Origin: Eledone cirrhosa
Taxonomy: Eukaryota
Direction of reading: 5' to 3'
Length of the DNA stretch: 64,000 bases
Assembly: GCA_964016885.1 (NCBI GenBank)
Contig: OZ024741.1
Coordinates: forward strand, 297,352,001-297,416,000
Shown: in pieces, positions 38,421-51,489 of the stretch
Layout: the number at the start of each line of letters is the position of its first letter
How positions within the stretch are numbered: position 1 is the first letter of the stretch
Translations under genes and position numbers: made by a program
The notes under the pieces: generated by a model
Told to the model about the DNA's origin: nothing
Seen by the model: only the letters and a program-made list of their open reading frames with translations
Database searches by the model: none

Positions 38421-38509
38421 AATTGTTTCTACTTTTGGCACAAGGCCAGCAATTACCCAGTGCATTACTGGTACTTTATTTTATCGACCCCGTAAGGATG
38501 AAAGGCAAA
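38421..38509 (-). mobile_element. Truncated SINE with TSD
   Basis: Flanked by direct repeat aagttctaaaatatat (38405 and 38508). Confidence 0.85.
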
Positions 38510-38537
38510 GTTCTAAAATATATAATGTTAGGAAACA

Positions 38538-39498
38538 TTATTTGTGTTCGGATAAATGGTGCTAAATCAAAACCATTCCATGTGGAAGTCGGACTCTGGC
38601 ATTGGTGTGTACTGCCATCTCTCCTGTTCATTATTTACATAAACAGGATTGATGTGCGCAGCTGGATTGGAAGTGGTTTCATTACTGGTAGGTGAAAAAT
38701 CAGTCGACTGGAATTTGCAGACGACATGGTGTTTCTTAACTCGACAGAAGATGATCTTTGACTTGCACTCGATAGGTTTGATGCTGAGTGTTGCATAGCT
38801 GGAATGAAAATCAGTGTTGTGAAAACTGCTCGTCTTCTCAAGAAAACCTGTGCAGTGCACGCTACATGTGAATGGAGTTCCACTGAAGCAGGTAGAGAAG
38901 TTCAAGTATCCTGGGGATGTGTTCACAAGTGATGGAAGGTATGTAGCTGAATTAAGTGCAAGAATTACAAAAGCTAGTGCAGTAATGCACCAACTTCAGC
39001 ATTCGGTAACCAGAAGGGAGGTAAGCATAAAAGCCAAACTCGCTGTCTCCAATTCAGTATTTGTGGCAACCCTTACCTATGGTCATGAATCTTGGGTAAT
39101 GACTGAAAGAATACGATTGCGAATACAAGCGCCGAAAAGGGGTTCCTCTGAAGGGTTTTGGAGTAACATTACTCGATAAAGTGCATAGCTCAGAGATCAG
39201 AGAGTCACTCAAAGTAGAGCCGCTACTTCTCTGAATTGAGAGATCACAGCTCCGATATTATGGGCATGTGGTCAGAATGTCTCAGGAAAGAATTGCTGGA
39301 CACATTTTATGGACGAAACCAACAGGTAGACCCCGAGCAAGATGGTTGGATAACATCCATGAGCTTGGTTGGTCACGCTTGTGGATCCAGCCGGGTCAGT
39401 TGGAGATGGTTATTTCTGACAGGATCTGTTGGAAGGAGTGTTTGAGGTCTCTGTCCCCACGACCCTCTCAGGAATAAGTGGGCGAAGAAAATAAGAGG
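38538..39498 (+). mobile_element. 5'-truncated RTE LINE (second family)
   Basis: LEFADD, VEKFKYPG, TLTYGHESW, GRPRARWLD motifs; TSD aggaaaca at 38530 and 39499. Confidence 0.9.
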
Positions 39499-39588
39499 AG
39501 GAAACAATAGAAATTCTAAAATTTATTTTTAAGAAACAATGGAAGTTCTAATATATCTATTTTCTTGCATCAACTCGTCTATTTTCAG

Positions 39589-39661
39589 GAGAAAGGAATT
39601 GTCTTTCCTGCTACCCAAGATGTGACAGCAAAACAAATCTTTCAAAAGTTTGATAATGAAG
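39589..39661 (+). CDS. MINDY3: MINDY3 exon 9 (start of EF-hand-like insert)
   Basis: ttttcag| EKGIVFPATQDVTAKQIFQKFDNE |gtcagt; phase 0-1. Confidence 0.93.
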
Positions 39662-40748
39662 GTCAGTGAAAAATGTTTTAAATTTTGCTTTCTTCTATTG
39701 AAATTGTTCCCATGAGGGTGCCTGGTTGTTTCAACACTTTAGCCTCACCATCACCTGCAGTAATGCTACAAGCACGTTGAATTGCCTCAGAATTTTCTGT
39801 TGACTCTTGTGGTGTAGTGTGCAGCCGATTGTCGCACATGCTGGTGAATTGATGGTTGTTTTTGTTTATTTTTTCTCTTGCTTTGATCATATATTTTTGT
39901 GCATTATATTTGTGAGGTTCCGAGCAATAATTAATTGTGTTTATTATATGTGTTTATATTTTCATTCTGTAAGAATTATAAACAATTTGTAATATTATTT
40001 ATACAACTGAGAATAAAAATTATTATTGTGTCATGTGTTGAAGGATGAAAGTGACTGGGAGAGAGGAGTGATGAAAATAAATGTCCAAGAAGGACATACC
40101 TAAAGGTGATGGAGAAGGAAACAAAAGCCAGGGCCTTGGTGAGCAGGTATGCAGACAATGTGGCACAGTGGAAAAGCTTGTCATGGGCCCTGGAAGGCTA
40201 ATGCTTGCTTTAGCAGGGTTTATGGCCTTAAAATGTGTTATTGTCTGTTGTATTGGAGTTTGACTGAGTTGACAAATCTTACTACAGTAATTTGTCAGTG
40301 TAGTATTTATTACAAAATTATGTTGGCTCTCTTGCTGTAACTGCAATATAAGAATCATTAACTCTTTAGCTGATTAGAAGATACCCTATCAAATTGTCTT
40401 GCAGGCTGAGACAGCATGAAGTAGAGATGACCCTCAGGTCCTGTTGAATACTTGACAATCCTTCCTAGTATTAGTGCCAGTAAACCCAGTAAACTCTGTA
40501 AACTGGAGACAATATTGGCTAGAGAGAACTCTTCAGTCTACCCAAGCATATGGCAACCTCTCTAATGCCAGTGCTATAATAAAATGTATCCAGTACACTC
40601 TGTAAAGTGTTGGTGCTATCATAAAGTGTACCCAGCATGGAATGTAGACATAAAATTAAGAAAATGAAAAAAATGGTAATGATGATTCCATTCAAAATAT
40701 TTGTATTAAGTAAAGAGATATTGTTAAAAGCATTTTCTATTTCTTCAG

Positions 40749-40821
40749 GTAATGGCTTTATATCTACTTCTTCTCTGGGACAACTTCTACAGGAATTAGA
40801 TCTTGGTTCAGAGAAAGAATT
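40749..40821 (+). CDS. MINDY3: MINDY3 exon 10
   Basis: tcttcag| GNGFISTSSLGQLLQELDLGSEKE |gtaagt; phase 1-2. Confidence 0.95.
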
Positions 40822-41069
40822 GTAAGTTATCCATTTATTTATTTGTTCTTGTATTTGACATAATTTTCTGAACTCATCAAATGAAATCTCATTGTATCTT
40901 TGTATCACCAATAACATGCTAAATAATCTAACAACTTAAATTATTTCTGTTCTTTCATTTATCAATTTTGTTTGTCTATTTTCCATGCTTGCATAGGTTT
41001 GACAGCTGTCATGTGCTGAGGCCTGACTGATCAGGTGACCAGGTTCTGCTCATACGTTTTGTTTTAACT

Positions 41070-41300
41070 TGTTTTCTATGACTGGATGCCCTTCCTAACA
41101 CCAACCACTGTACAGTGTGTACTGGGCGCATGGTTTTTATGGCTGAATGGTCTTCCTAACACCAACCACTGTACATTATGTACTGGGAGCATGGTTTCTA
41201 TGACTGGATGCCCTTCCTAACACCAACCTCTGTACAGCGTGTACTGGAAGCATGGTTTCTATGGCTGCATTCCCTTCTTAATACAAACCTTTTTACAGCA
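41070..41300. repeat. ~60-bp tandem repeat (x4) derived from SINE/RTE domain
   Basis: catggtttctatgactggatgcccttcctaacaccaaccactgtacag..tgtactgg. Confidence 0.85.
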
Positions 41301-43435
41301 TGTTCTTTAATGGCTTTGAAGTGGGACATAGTGGGACTGATGATGACCTAAAGAGGCTGTTAATATACTGCTTTGAGCAAGTGGGTGGCTGATGTCTGTT
41401 ATTTTGAGGTGTGCTAGGCTTCCCTGAGTTGGGTAAGTGTTGGGATGCACATTCCACATTTTCCTAGGTCCTCCACTTCCAAGGGTTCCTTTGACTTTAT
41501 TCAGCTATCATCTTTCATATATATCGCATGTTCCAGACCATCCTCACTTTGGCTACTGTACTTTCAGAACACCTATCCCTACTGATAATTTGGTCCCCAT
41601 GTAGCAGAAGCTGTTGACTATCTCTTGGGAGCCATCTGAGTATTTGATAGGGTTTGTTTCCTGTGGGCTCCTATTGCTTATTGTTCTTGTGTATCAACCA
41701 TATACAAAGCCTATAAAGGGTTGAGAGGACTCCATAGATGTTGTCAGACCACGACAAGCTCCCTAGTGCTGGTATTAAGATAAAATGCATTTAGTACACT
41801 CTCTAATGTGGCTTGATGTTATGAAGGGCATCTAGATGTAGAAACCATGACAAACAAAGGGTTGGGAGGACTCTTCAGTTATGTGGAGATCATGACAACC
41901 TCCTTAGTGCTGGTGTTCAGATAAAATACAAGTTTCCTCTGTAAAGTGGCTGGTGTTAGGAAGGGCATCCAGCTGTAGAAATCCTGCAAAAACCAGAACA
42001 TGTCAGCGCGATGTGGGACCTTGCCCATCTGGGAGGATAGTAACTTTGATTAAGTCTGACTTGGTCTTTGACAATCCATCCAACTCATGCTAGTACTGAA
42101 ACTGAAACACAGGCATTAAATGATGATTATATGAGTGAATAGAATATTTTGTTAATAATTTATGTAGCTGGGTTTATTAAGGGAACTGTTATCTTTGATT
42201 TTCAGAAGTTCTGGTAGTTTTGTCTTTCCCAGTACATTCTGTAAAGTGGTTGGTGTTCAAATGCAGACTATATAGGATACAGAGGATTCTTCAGTCTGAA
42301 CGGACATATAACAAGCTTTTTAGTTCTGATGTCACAATAATATGCATCCAGTACACTCTGTAAAGGTGGTAGACTGATGCCACAATAAAATGCACCCAGT
42401 ACATCCTGTAAGGTGGTTGGTGTTAGGAAGGGCATCCAGTCATAGAAACCATGTCAAATATGGAATGTATGAACAAGATAAGGTCTCTCTGACCCATCTA
42501 ATCTTGAGCCATGGTAAACCATCCAGCATACCAATGTGGAATGAGGATGTAAAATGATGACGATAATGATGCGGATCATTATTAGTAATCTTCAGGTTAA
42601 GCTGCTAGGCTATAGATCACATGTTGATGAATTCAACTCATTCTATAAACTGTTTACCTCAATGTGATTAGCCTGTTGAACAAGTTCCATCTACAATATT
42701 TCTTTTAATTTCAATATATGTAAATTTGTGGTAAAACAAAACCATTTATTTTATAACTCTATTTTATGTCTTTTACAAAACCTCAGATAGATATTGCCTC
42801 ATGGTCCCAGAATGGCAAATGTGTTAATCCCAGAGGATGGCAAGTAAGATGCACGAAAAGAGCCAGTCCAACTGGCAGGATTTACTCTTGCAGATGGCTA
42901 ACTCCATCTCAATTTCTGGACCCAATATTCCAGTACTTAGCTTATAATCTTCAGCTTGTTGGTCAATGGAGCCAGGGTCTGATGCTGAATTCATCAGGTT
43001 GTCACAGGAGAAAGTATTGCTGCATGTCACATCCCAAATGAGGGGCTCACCACCACAAAATGGGAAGATTATGATGCCATCCTGCCTTTTAAGTAAATAA
43101 TTTCATTTGCTGATATTTAATTTCAATCTGGCTTGAAAATTATAATGTAAATTTTATAAAATGGTTGGCATTAGGAAGCATATTCAGCTAAAGAAACCAT
43201 GCCAAATATGGAAAGTATAAGCAAGATAAAATCTCTCTAACCCATCTAGTCTGAGACTGTGGCAAGCTGTTCAACATATGCCAGCATGGATAGTGGACAT
43301 GAAAATGATAATGAAGATGATCACATTGTTAGTGGCTACAGACGTTTGTGATTTGTACCAAGATTGTTTTACATGGAATTTTGATGTAATTCTATTTGTG
43401 TTATTGCTGCTCTAAGGTTTTTAAAAATATTTCAG

Positions 43436-43598
43436 TGTTGATGTGGTACGGAACAAATTGGACTCTGAGAACCTTGGAATCATTACATTAAGTAGTTTTA
43501 TGCAAGAATTTTATCCTGAAGAAGGAAGTCAAGGCTGTCCCAATCGCTTTATAGTGTTTCATTACAATGGACTTTCTCGATCATGTCCACAAACAAAG
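43436..43598 (+). CDS. MINDY3: MINDY3 exon 11
   Basis: atttcag| FVDVVRNKLDSENLGIITLSSFMQEFYPEE...VFHYNGLSRSCPQTK |gtaaac; phase 2-0. Confidence 0.96.
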
Positions 43599-44328
43599 GT
43601 AAACCAATACTTCGTACTTGTCATTTCTTATCCTACACTATTTGTTCTGTCTTAAACACACACCTGAAATGTAAGTTGTTAGATAAATATAAACACTTTA
43701 ACTCTTTCGTTACCATATTTCTAATGAAAGATATTTCTTATAATTTTCAAATTCTTTTGAAAATAAAGAATTTGGTGGTATTTAGATCTAAAGTTACAAT
43801 CTAGAACCCCCCCCCATTTAAAAAAAAAAAATATGAATTACTGTGTTTGTTTACAATAAGGTTCCTGTATCTGAAACCAAAAAAAGGGGAATAAATTACA
43901 TCCATGTGTATGAAATGACTCAATTTTGTTATACTGAAAAATTCATTATAATGGTATTCATAATGGAATTTTACCTGTATATCACTACAATATTCAGTTT
44001 CTCATGTTAAAGAATGTAACACCACCAGATGTTTAGCAATTACTCTGATTCCCAAATCACAAATATTGCTAATTTATCAAATACCATTTGTAAACAGTTC
44101 TTATCAACATGTATTTGCAATCTTGCTATTTAAAATGAATATTGTTAAGCTCAGTAAAATTTTCTGAAAAAAGTGTACTCGTGTATAATATACCCCTCCT
44201 CCATTTTGCTCTTAATTTTTGATCAAATTGAGAAAATATGGTATTTTCTATTACATTAAATAAAAAAAGGCTCAGTAGAAGAATTAAAATTAATAACATT
44301 AAAAATATCACTTTTCTCTCATTTGTAG

Positions 44329-44484
44329 GTTACCTACCAAGAGGGTTCTATAACATTGCTGGTGGAAGAAGAATATGATATGCAAATAGTTGTTGAGAGC
44401 ACACCTATAAAGACTTGTTTGGAGACTAAGTGGCCATTTATAGACATAACATGGAAGGACAACCATGTACCATCACTAAACTGA
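44329..44484 (+). CDS. MINDY3: MINDY3 exon 12 (last coding exon, TGA 44482-44484)
   Basis: tttgtag| VTYQEG...TPIKTCLETKWPFIDITWKDNHVPSLN*; matches the MINDY3 C-terminus (TPIK.CL.TKWP...PSLN). Summed CDS 1344 nt = 447 aa + stop. Confidence 0.97.
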   Translation, partial: VTYQEGSITLLVEEEYDMQIVVESTPIKTCLETKWPFIDITWKDNHVPSLN

Positions 44485-44724
44485 AATCTTGCTGATGTCC
44501 ACTTATTTGTCAATGTTTAACGTTCAACATTGACACATGTATTCTGTGTTTCTATAAAATCTGTGTCTGCCTCTCTCTCTTGATGCAGTAATTTTTGTTA
44601 ACTTCCACCATCTCTGAACCTTATACTCTTCTGCTATTTTGCACACACATACACCATATATACACCACACGCTACACATACCACACCACAAGTTGGACCT
44701 CCATTAGTGCTAATAATGATTGTT

Positions 44725-45005
44725 CCAGTTGATTTAATTAACAGAACAACCTGCTCAAGAAGTTAACATGCAAGTGACAGAGCATTGCACGTACATGTAA
44801 TTCTCAGGGAGAGTCAGTGTGACACTGTGTGTGCCAAGGCTGACCCTTTGAATTACAGACACAACTTATTTTTTCCAGTTGAATGGGATGGAGCAACATA
44901 AAATAAAGTGTCTTGCTCAAGGACACAATGTGTCACCCGGTCTGGGAATTAAACTCATGACCTTACAATTGTGGGGCCCTAAACCTTACCTACTAAACAA
45001 TGCAT
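44725..45005 (-). mobile_element. tRNA-head SINE in the probable MINDY3 3' UTR
   Basis: aagtgtcttgctcaaggacacaa, ccctttgaattacag; reverse of the 32.6 kb family. Confidence 0.8.
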
Positions 45006-45010
45006 TTTCA

Positions 45011-45041
<31 letters not shown>

Positions 45042-45272
45042 TAAAACCGGTTGGGAAAGTCTGAAGAGTTAATAGGGTGACACTGATGTCAATTTCACAT
45101 CTTGTTTTATCAGAATCTCTCTACACTGTTTATTTATCCCAGGTAATGTTTTTGTTGTCTAAATTTCTGTATCCAAACCCTTTTCTTATTGTTATTTACA
45201 TACACACATGCATACATCACTGTATACATTGTTTGTGCACACACACACACACACACACACATGCGCACACAC

Positions 45273-45310
<38 letters not shown>

Positions 45311-45365
45311 GAAATATCCGTAAGTGTGAAAAAGGAAAACTGCTCAATCAGGAAGAGAGTTGATG

Positions 45366-45431
45366 TATTATTTATTTATGTTCATACATGGAACAAAAAT
45401 GCTTTTGTTTCATATATGAACATAAATGAAT

Positions 45432-45438
<7 letters not shown>
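45366..45438. repeat. AT-rich hairpin
   Basis: tattatttatttatgttcatacatggaacaaaa / ttttgtttcatatatgaacataaatgaataata. Confidence 0.8.
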
Positions 45439-45460
<22 letters not shown>

Positions 45461-45463
<3 letters not shown>

Positions 45464-45571
45464 TTCATTTCCTGAGGTGACGGATATTTCAACGACAGGA
45501 CAGTATGTACATAAGATTGCATATCTGTGAGGTTCGTTGCATCTGTTGAAACGTGCGTAGACTGAAATAAA
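45461..45571 (+). ncRNA. Degenerate type I hammerhead-like motif with long stem II
   Basis: tatttca..-CTGAGGT-GACGGAT..caacga...tcgttg..ATCTGTT-GAAACGTGCGTA-gactgaaata; A9 position reads T. Confidence 0.55.
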
Positions 45572-45964
45572 TTAAGTAATACTGTCTCATTGTTATTGTA
45601 ATTATATTTATATTCTATACTTTGGGGTCTTAATCATCTGAAGGACTTGTGTCTCTGTACAGGTGAAATAGGAACAGATGATGCTACAACTTCGGACACT
45701 TTTTGCCTTGTTTCTATGGAATGTATCGAAGTATATGGAATTCTAAAGGATAGGTGAAGTGCATTACTTATAGCAAGTCATTTTCTTCACTCTGTACATA
45801 TGTATATACAATGCATGTGCAGTATGTATGTATATACATGTGCACTATATATGTTTGTATATATAAGCATGTGCACTATATGTGTTTGTGTACTAGAAAT
45901 GTATGTGTACTATACACACACACACACAATGTATATTCACTAAGTATGTATATATTTTGTGCGC

Positions 45965-46066
<102 letters not shown>

Positions 46067-46959
46067 GTATATGTACACTGTGTATATACAATGCATATAC
46101 ACTGTGTATGTATGTGTACTAGAAAGCCTGTTGGTTGATGGACTGTCCATTTTCTATATTAAAGCTATCAGTATAGTTGTGTATGGATATATAAACATAT
46201 ATCAATAAAGCAATGAAACAGTTGAAACAATAGAATGAAGTGGAGGTTTATGGCATCTATATTAATACCTCATAGTCAATGTTCCCTCTAATTTCCCCAA
46301 ACCACTGAGAGAAATGTTTGATTCTTTGAGCAAAAATATTTTAAATCAAAAGCTGGCAAAGTTTTGATGTTTGCAACACCAATACAGTGACTGCTAATAA
46401 CTCAAAACTACTGTGGCAATACTTCAAAGTGGCAACATTTTGATCTCGTGACCACATAGTTTAGAGGGAATATTGCTCATAGTTCAAATCCTGTAAGCAT
46501 CAGCTTTGATTTTTATCCTGAAGTTGATAAAGTACCAGTAATATGCTAAGGAAATTTATATATTGAAATAAAACATGATGGCTTCCTATGATATACATTA
46601 ATGTATCCTTGTTATTGCTTCTGTCTTCTGACAGTTTTTGTTTCACTGTATTTTTTATAATTTTACTGGTTTCAGTCAGTAAATGGTGGCCATCTTATCA
46701 ACCCTAATACTTGTTTTTTTTTCAAGTCTTATAAGAGAATTAAGCATGTGTCGTCTGCACCGCTATACTTGCATGGGCCTATAACACCCGATAGAAGGAG
46801 AATTGACTCCAGTATCTGGTGGGTACTTTTTTTATAGACCTTCAAAGTTGACTTCAATTCTCACTGAGGTCAAATTTCAATTTCTGAAAGTTTATCCTTC
46901 CCCACTACTAATTTGATCAGCAAAAGCTGTCCACAACTTCTAGAGAACTTCCCTGGCAG

Positions 46960-48760
46960 CTGAGGGAATCTATTTCACGTGTGTTCTTTGTGCTTACTTC
47001 CCCTGAGCACTGGTCACATATAAAGTCTATCTTTTCCATTAGCCCACCTACAATCCCACTACATCTCTTGTGCGTCCATACTTTTCATTATGTGCACCTT
47101 ATGGAATTTCTGGCATATCAAGCATGGCCACTTTCCTGATTTCTTTTGTCTTCACTAGTTTTACTTTTCAAACCTTTCAGCTCTAGGTTCTTCCATGCTT
47201 GAAATTTTGCTTATAACTTTTCTATGGACTCAGCCATGAGGAGTAGGTCGTCTGCAAAAAGGAGCTCCCATGGGGCGCCAGTTTTAAACTCCTCAGTGTT
47301 GGCCTGAAGTACAATGATAAATAGAAGTGGACTGAGGACTGATCCTTGGTGGACTCCCACCTGCACTTCAAATTCATCACTGTACTCATTTCTAACTCTC
47401 ACCCTGCTGGTTGCTTCTCTATAATGGCCTGTATTCTACACCTAGCTTCCTAAGTGCCTATCAGATTATAGAGCATGGGACCCTGTCAAAGGTTTTCTCT
47501 AGATCTACAAATGCTGGGTACAGTAGCTTACTTTTAGCTAAATACCTCTCCCGTAGTTGTCTCACTTGAAAGAGGGCATCAGTAGTACCCCTATCTGTCA
47601 TAAATCTGAATTGCACCTCATCTAACTTGATTCTGTCCCTTATTAGTTGTACTATAACCCTTTCAGCAACTTTCACCAGCTTCATGCCTCTGTAGTTACT
47701 TCTTTCTACTGCATCCCCTTTCTCCTTGTTGCAATTTACAATGACACTACTGCACCAGTCATTGGGTATGACACCATTCTGTACTACTTGATTAACTATG
47801 CGTCTGACTAGCCCATATCCTACCATGCCAGATGCTTTTAGCATAACAGCGACTATACCAGACATTCCAGCTGCTTTCCCTGCCTTCATATTCTTAATTT
47901 CTTTATCTATTATACTTCTGTCAACTTTTATGGCTGGTCCCTCAGTAGAGTCTGCATGGGGTAGGCCTTCAGTGTTCCATTCATTTTCCTCATTCAGCAG
48001 TCTTTCATAGTATGTCTTCCATGCCTCTTTCATCATCAAACAGGGCATATACCCCGCTATCATTTTGGAGACACTTCTCTTCAACCACATCATGATTTTC
48101 TCTTGTGTACTGTCTCACAATCCTGCACACTTCACACCTCTGATCCTCACGATGTAGAACATGTGCAAACTTCTTTTCAACCTCTCCTTTTGCGCCTGGC
48201 CTCCCTTGTTATCTGTCCACTCCATTTCTCCATTTTCTCCAAGCTTGTCTTTTTGTTTTAATGGCTCTTTCTACCTTGTCATTCCACCATGATGTCATCT
48301 GCCATCTTGGTGGGACCTGGCTTGTGGCTTCCAGCAGGTTGTCCTGTAGAAATTTCCAATTTTTCTGTCATATGTCCCCAACTCTTCTTCCTTACTCTCA
48401 AGAATGATTTTTATAAATGTGTTACCTACAGAGGGTTCTCTCAGCTTCCAAGTCTTCCTTCTCCAGATTGGCTTTTGTCTCTTGGTCCACCTCTTACTCT
48501 AAGGTCACTGACAATTACTGTGTTGGGAGGTACATTCCTTCCCAGGGAAGGACTTGGTATTTACAACCAATTGCTTGTTTCATTTCCTAGTGAAGATGAA
48601 GTTGTTTAGCTTGTATGATTGGTAAGTAATCAGGTGGTTGGCTGGTTTCTTAATGATCTGTAACACAAACTTCAAGTCAAGAGCATCACAGAATTCCAGA
48701 AGCCTAGTTGACTCCTCATTCCTTGTGCTATATCCATAGCCTTGGTGTATGCCAGAGAAT
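46960..48760 (-). mobile_element. Degraded RTE LINE (APE end, RT, PHD remnant)
   Basis: GVHQGSVLSPLLF, ELLFADDL, AFVDLEKTFDRVP, KPANHLITY in broken minus-strand ORFs. Confidence 0.92.
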
Positions 48761-48895
48761 CCATACATACATATCTCTTAGAGATTATATAAAAGTATAT
48801 TTTTTTCTTTTCTTTTTCTTATTGTAAAATTTTTAGAAATTGGAAGATAGAGACTATATGCAATGCATACAGTGTGTGTGTGTGTGTACACACGC

Positions 48896-49033
48896 ACATC
48901 TTTATTTTATATAGAAATGACTTCTACAGGACTAGAACTGTTTCATTCATATGAAATCATCAGGATTACTGATTTCATACAAATGAAACAGCCCTAATCC
49001 TGTAGACATCATTTCTGTATAAAATGAAGATGC
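48896..49033. mobile_element. Palindromic Penelope-like insertion, hammerhead-like core on - strand
   Basis: Minus strand CTGATGA-TTTCATATGAAT-GAAACAG-TTCTAGTC-CTGTA-GAAG; arms catcttt.attttat..agaaatga / tcatttct..ataaaatgaagatg. Confidence 0.7.
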
Positions 49034-49465
49034 TTATACTCTAACGTACTAAGCACCTTTTGTAACTGAGGTCATCTGATACCCATCAGGAATATATACA
49101 TATATGTTTGAAAGTGTATATGTAATATATATATATATAAAACTCATCAAACAGCTGTTAAAACAGCTAATTGCTGTCAAAGATAGCAATGGGGAAAAAT
49201 GCCTCAGAGGACAGAGACCAGTGGTTAACAGAGAGACAATCCACAAGGACAAGCAGATGAAATATAGAAAAGATTGAAAGAGGAGGAGGACAAGAAGAAG
49301 TGCGCTGATGCACAGAAGTGACTGGAAGAAGGAAATAAAAAAAAAAGGCGATGTACAAGACAAGTTTACACACACATCTTCACCCTTACCACATCTCAAA
49401 CTAGCAAAATGGTTTTGCATGATTTAATTAAGAACACCGTTTTAAAATGCTGGATTATGCAACAG

Positions 49466-49622
49466 AAAAATAAATCTTTGCTGGTATGGTGTGTGAAAAA
49501 AACAAACAGCACAAAGCTCCAAAAAGGTTTTCTTAGAATTTTCTCTAGGAAACATCTTTTTGGAGCTTTGTGCTGTTTGTTTTATCATACACACATATTA
49601 CCAACAGAAAGATTTGATTTTT
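49466..49622. repeat. ~155-bp imperfect palindrome
   Basis: aaacaaacagcacaaagctccaaaaag / ctttttggagctttgtgctgtttgttt core, plus outer arms. Confidence 0.9.
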
Positions 49623-50033
49623 GAAATCTACATCCTAAGGAGAAGGATTTGGGGTTATTTAAGTAGTTTGGCTTTTATTGATCGTCTTATGTATTCCTTC
49701 AACCTGACCTTATTATTCCATTCATCCATGTCATCAGCAGGGGGCATTGTTTTCAATATGAAGCAGGGAGCTCTCCTCACAGAGGTCACTTGATGTTTAC
49801 GTGAAGATGCCACTTCAACATCCAGCTCCACTGAGTAAATTTCTATAGGAACATGGAATTAAAAAAATTGAAAGAAAAGCATTCTATGGTAAAAATTGCT
49901 CGGCAATGATGGGCTAATCTAGTATGTATATATATATATATATATATATGATATATTATAAAATACTGGTCGGAATTAAAAGGATTGTTGCTTTTGAGGA
50001 AGTGAGTTATTTGTGCTCTCCTCAACCAAATAA

Positions 50034-50164
<131 letters not shown>

Positions 50165-50879
50165 TCGTCATTGCTATTTAACGTCCATATTCCACACTAG
50201 CATGAGTTAAATGAGCTGTTCTGTTAGAGAGTCTGTGGTGCTGAGATCGAGGAGACCACAAACAATGGAAGAACTGAATGCATGGGAAGATGCAGAGTGG
50301 GTATAGAGAAAGGTATAAACCCGACTGCATGCCAAGTGATTTTGACTTTTGTTCAGCAAGCCTTTTCAATATATATATCAGATAAACAGATAGGCAGAGA
50401 TAAATAGGCAGATAGATAAAATAGAAAGATAAATAAATATAATTAAAAAAAAAAAAGAATGAGAGATAGATGTATACAAAGAGAGACAGACAGAAAAGCA
50501 GATAGATAGTTATCAATCATGGTGTAGATAAATGTACAGGAAGATGGTTGGTGAAACACATACAAAGAAAAGAACACTATTTGGCAGTGAGTCAAACTTT
50601 AATTACAGAAAAAAACATTAATATTCAATAGAATCAGAGTTCATTAATTGTATACACATACATATCATCATCACCATTAAACATCCATTTTTCCACACTA
50701 GCTTGGGTTAGACGATATATATATAAACATAAAAACACACACACGTGGAAAATCGACATTAATGATGATGATTATATATATATTGTTTTTGGCAGAGCTG
50801 TTCTGCAAGAGAATGGGTCAGAGGTGGCAGCTAGCGATACAGCGACCAGATGTGATGGTTAGTTGTGATATAAGTGGGT

Positions 50880-51180
50880 TCCTGCCAGACAAATTAGCAA
50901 CTCTGGACTAATAGTGGTAAACTACTAGGTGAGATGGAGCGGTGGGTGAGACCTGCAGCTCCCAAGAAAACTGTCACAACCCAGTGATATATCTATGACA
51001 AAATGAGTAAAGGCTGCCTCAAAAAAAGCCTATCGTCACGGGTCTGAGAAATTAGTGACTGACGTGAATGAGATCACCAAAATATTGCAATATGACAAGA
51101 AACAGAAAAGGCATCCATACCATATCATCCTTCATATGGGATAACAAAGGACACATTCAAGCCTTAGGTAGAGGGGACGG
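50880..51180 (+). repeat. Dispersed repeat, inverted partner at 53005-53290
   Basis: ggataacaaagga..cattcaagccttaggta.agggg versus cccc.ttacctaaggcttgaatg..tccc.tgttatcc. Confidence 0.8.
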
Positions 51181-51489
51181 TTTGAAAAATATATTGCAGT
51201 CTCCATCCAATGCTGCAAGAACTGGTAATAGGCCTGCGACCTGTACTGGGAGGTGTGGGATAGAAGCACAAAGATTACATACCCCTGAATTAAGTGCAAA
51301 AATTGCAGGAGCTGGTGTAAATGCCAAACTTGCTATCTTCAATATCTTACCTATGGTCATGAATCTTAGGAATAGTGGAAATGTTTGAAAACGAAAATAT
51401 TTCAAGATAGATAAACTTACCCAAAGATGAAACACAAATTATCTAAAACTAAGAAGGGAAAAAATCCCAAAGCAAAAAATCAATTATGA

